NCBI GenBank assembly: GCA_015064685.1
Contig: SVRT01000007.1
Location: forward strand, 5,361-69,360
Origin: Oscillospiraceae bacterium
GTDB taxonomy: Bacteria; Bacillota; Clostridia; Oscillospirales; CAG-272
Direction of reading: 5' to 3'
Length of the DNA stretch: 64,000 nt
Shown here: positions 62,510 to 64,000 of the stretch, piece after piece
Position numbering within the stretch: the first letter of the stretch is position 1
Layout: every line of letters begins with the position of its first letter
The notes under the pieces: generated by a model
Told to the model about the DNA's origin: nothing
The model's database searches: none
Seen by the model: only the letters and a program-made list of their open reading frames with translations
Translations under genes and position numbers: made by a program

Positions 62510-62983
62510 TTATTCTTCCTCAGCAATAAGCATTACCGTGAAAACATCTCCGTCCTCGAGGAGTGTCTCACTCATTTTTCCGTCACTGAGATCGTCCAGA
62601 ATATCGTCCTTGCTAAGATTTATGCCTCCATCAACAAATCCCCAATACTCACCGTTGTTTTTGTTGGCTTTCATACCACCTATCTGGGTGATGGAATTTG
62701 TTTTGTCGACTTTGCACACGTAATCAGCTACCACTGAGAGGTAAGTTTTGAGAACGTTAAGGATAGTGGGCGTTTCATGACCCTTGTATAGGTAATCAGT
62801 TGCTTCAAGTACAGTTTTTCCCGTAGCATCCTTGATCTGGAAGGAGACGGTTACCTCGTAAAGCTCTCTTTCGGGAAGATCGGGAGCCTCTCCCGCGTTC
62901 TTTCCTGCGCCGTCACAAGCAACGAATGCAGAGGAAAGCATAAGCAATGCCAAAAGCATGGAAAGTATTTTTACGGTTTTCAT
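62510..62983 (-). CDS. DUF4430-domain lipoprotein
   Basis: MKTVKILSMLLALLMLSSAFVAC is a signal peptide plus lipobox, ATG 62983. The C-terminal YWGFVDGG...LEDGDVFTVMLI pattern resembles DUF4430 (transcobalamin-like beta-grasp). Confidence 0.7.
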   Translation of the reverse strand: MKTVKILSMLLALLMLSSAFVACDGAGKNAGEAPDLPERELYEVTVSFQIKDATGKTVLEATDYLYKGHETPTILNVLKTYLSVVADYVCKVDKTNSITQIGGMKANKNNGEYWGFVDGGINLSKDDILDDLSDGKMSETLLEDGDVFTVMLIAEEE

Positions 62984-63084
62984 TTGAAATATCCTCCGGA
63001 TTGCAAAAATAACTGTAATAATTATACAATAAATATTCCCCTTTGTCAATAGTTATTTTTGTAAACATTGGCGAAATTCAATGA

Positions 63085-63591
63085 TTAATTGTGTAAAAAA
63101 ACAGAGAAGCTTAAAAGAAGATTGTAAAACTGCCAAATTGTAAACCCCAATACCGTTACGGACGATACACGCGGATAAGCTTTATGCCAGATGATCGAGG
63201 TTATCAAGGAGCATAAAGCACATATGCAGGATAACAAGAGCGCGATGAAGAGGCGACCTGCATAAAACAAAAGAAAGTGTCTGATTATCGATAGCCAAAA
63301 GGCTGAAATGAGAAACGCACCGCCCTTGTGAGCCGCAGTTTCAATGTCACCCGAATTAATCCTCCTTGTATTTGCTTCGAGTATTGCTCCGTAAGCTGCT
63401 CCGATAAGAAAATACCACACCGTTGAGATGAGATTATATATCCATATAGGCGGAAAAATATTCATTCCCCGTAATACGTTAATTGAGCAAAGCGGAGCGC
63501 CGAAAAGAACTAAAGAGGCAATGCCTGTTATTGCGCAAGCTATTCCGCATAAAAGTGCGATCGGAGTGAAAAAAACGTTTTTCTTATTCAT
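63085..63591 (-). CDS. integral membrane protein, 5 predicted TM segments (possibly TspO/MBR-related)
   Basis: 168 aa, aromatic-rich helices. FPPIWIYNLISTVWYFLIGAAYG loosely recalls the TspO PPxWxFxxVWxxLY motif. Family assignment is tentative. Confidence 0.5.
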   Translation of the reverse strand: MNKKNVFFTPIALLCGIACAITGIASLVLFGAPLCSINVLRGMNIFPPIWIYNLISTVWYFLIGAAYGAILEANTRRINSGDIETAAHKGGAFLISAFWLSIIRHFLLFYAGRLFIALLLSCICALCSLITSIIWHKAYPRVSSVTVLGFTIWQFYNLLLSFSVFLHN

Positions 63592-63645
63592 TTGTCCCTC
63601 GTACAGTAATTTATATCAAGACACTATATGAGGGTATCTATCGAT

Positions 63646-64000
63646 TTATTCCGGATCGGAAACCTTAAACCAGCCTTCTTGTTGCACGGCAGGAGAATCA
63701 AACACATTTGGCGCAAGCCCTGTAGACGAGTCGTAGTTGAGCTTTTTTACGTTGTGAGGTATAGTAAATGCTTTATTATCATATGAATTCGTCCTTTCAT
63801 AGATCATATTCATCACGTCGTCCCAGATAACGGCTGAATAGTTTACTCCTGCGTATTCAAGAGATCTTGGCATATCGTATCCCTGCCATACACCTGCTAA
63901 GAGAGAGGGGGTGTAACCGACAAAGTATTTGTCGCAGTTGTTTTGGGTGGTTCCTGTTTTCCCTGCCACCTCTACTCTGTCTGTGAGAGTAATTAGTCCT
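63646..64000 (-). CDS. penicillin-binding protein, C-terminal end of the transpeptidase domain; 5' part lies outside the window
   Basis: AGKTGTTQN is the KTG(T) active-site motif. The frame stays open to the window edge upstream of the listed Met. Stop at 63646-63648. Confidence 0.75.
   Translation of the reverse strand, partial: GLITLTDRVEVAGKTGTTQNNCDKYFVGYTPSLLAGVWQGYDMPRSLEYAGVNYSAVIWDDVMNMIYERTNSYDNKAFTIPHNVKKLNYDSSTGLAPNVFDSPAVQQEGWFKVSDPE

Noticed and set aside
1-64000. Searched for mobile elements, prophage, toxin-antitoxin, restriction-modification or other defense gene signatures
   Set aside because: No integrase, transposase, terminal inverted repeats, phage structural genes or nuclease/helicase/methylase defense-type ORFs were recognised. 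The only hint of past mobility is the tRNA-end duplication reported as a finding.

Overview
This 64-kb chromosomal window comes from a low-GC Gram-positive bacterium, most likely a spore-forming member of the Clostridia. The evidence is a PolC-type replicase, spoIIID, PdaA-like cortex deacetylases, a T-box leader in front of thrS, and the classic pyrH-frr-uppS-cdsA-dxr-rseP-ispG-polC gene order. I call about 60 protein genes, one tRNA (tRNA-Arg CCT), one T-box riboswitch, several sigma-A-like promoters and a set of intrinsic terminators. I saw no CRISPR array, IS element, prophage or recognisable defense genes. Most of the window is housekeeping: dusB, murE, tex, thrS, mgsA, dut, proC, rlmB and a TIGR03960/TIGR03936 radical-SAM pair. 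Carbohydrate islands include a cytoplasmic heparinase II/III-like protein with an alpha/beta hydrolase, and an AraC-controlled hexuronate operon (uxaB-uxaA-uxaC plus a large GH2). Five loci deserve a second look. (1) A 996-aa protein (55631-58621) looks like a catalytically dead P1B-type ATPase fused to a ~440-aa extremely acidic N-terminal region. (2) A two-gene COG0523 GTPase module (31662-33852) has one member carrying five near-identical 42-bp repeats encoding EHHHHD(D/G)ECCHHDH. The other member lacks the CxCC motif and is fused to a YcgQ/DUF1980-like MTCC domain. (3) An AraC-flanked cassette (42500-49238) of ThuA, an SDR, two xylose-isomerase-like TIM barrels and two paralogous Gfo/Idh/MocA oxidoreductases has the enzyme logic of 3-keto-glycoside cleavage pathways, with an unknown substrate. 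(4) An isolated cysteine-rich ORF (41629-42459) contains a CCCCCCAC run. (5) An inverted copy of the tRNA-Arg 3' end extends a terminator hairpin into a ~66-nt palindrome. All functional calls rest on by-eye motif recognition in the supplied translations; no database search was run.
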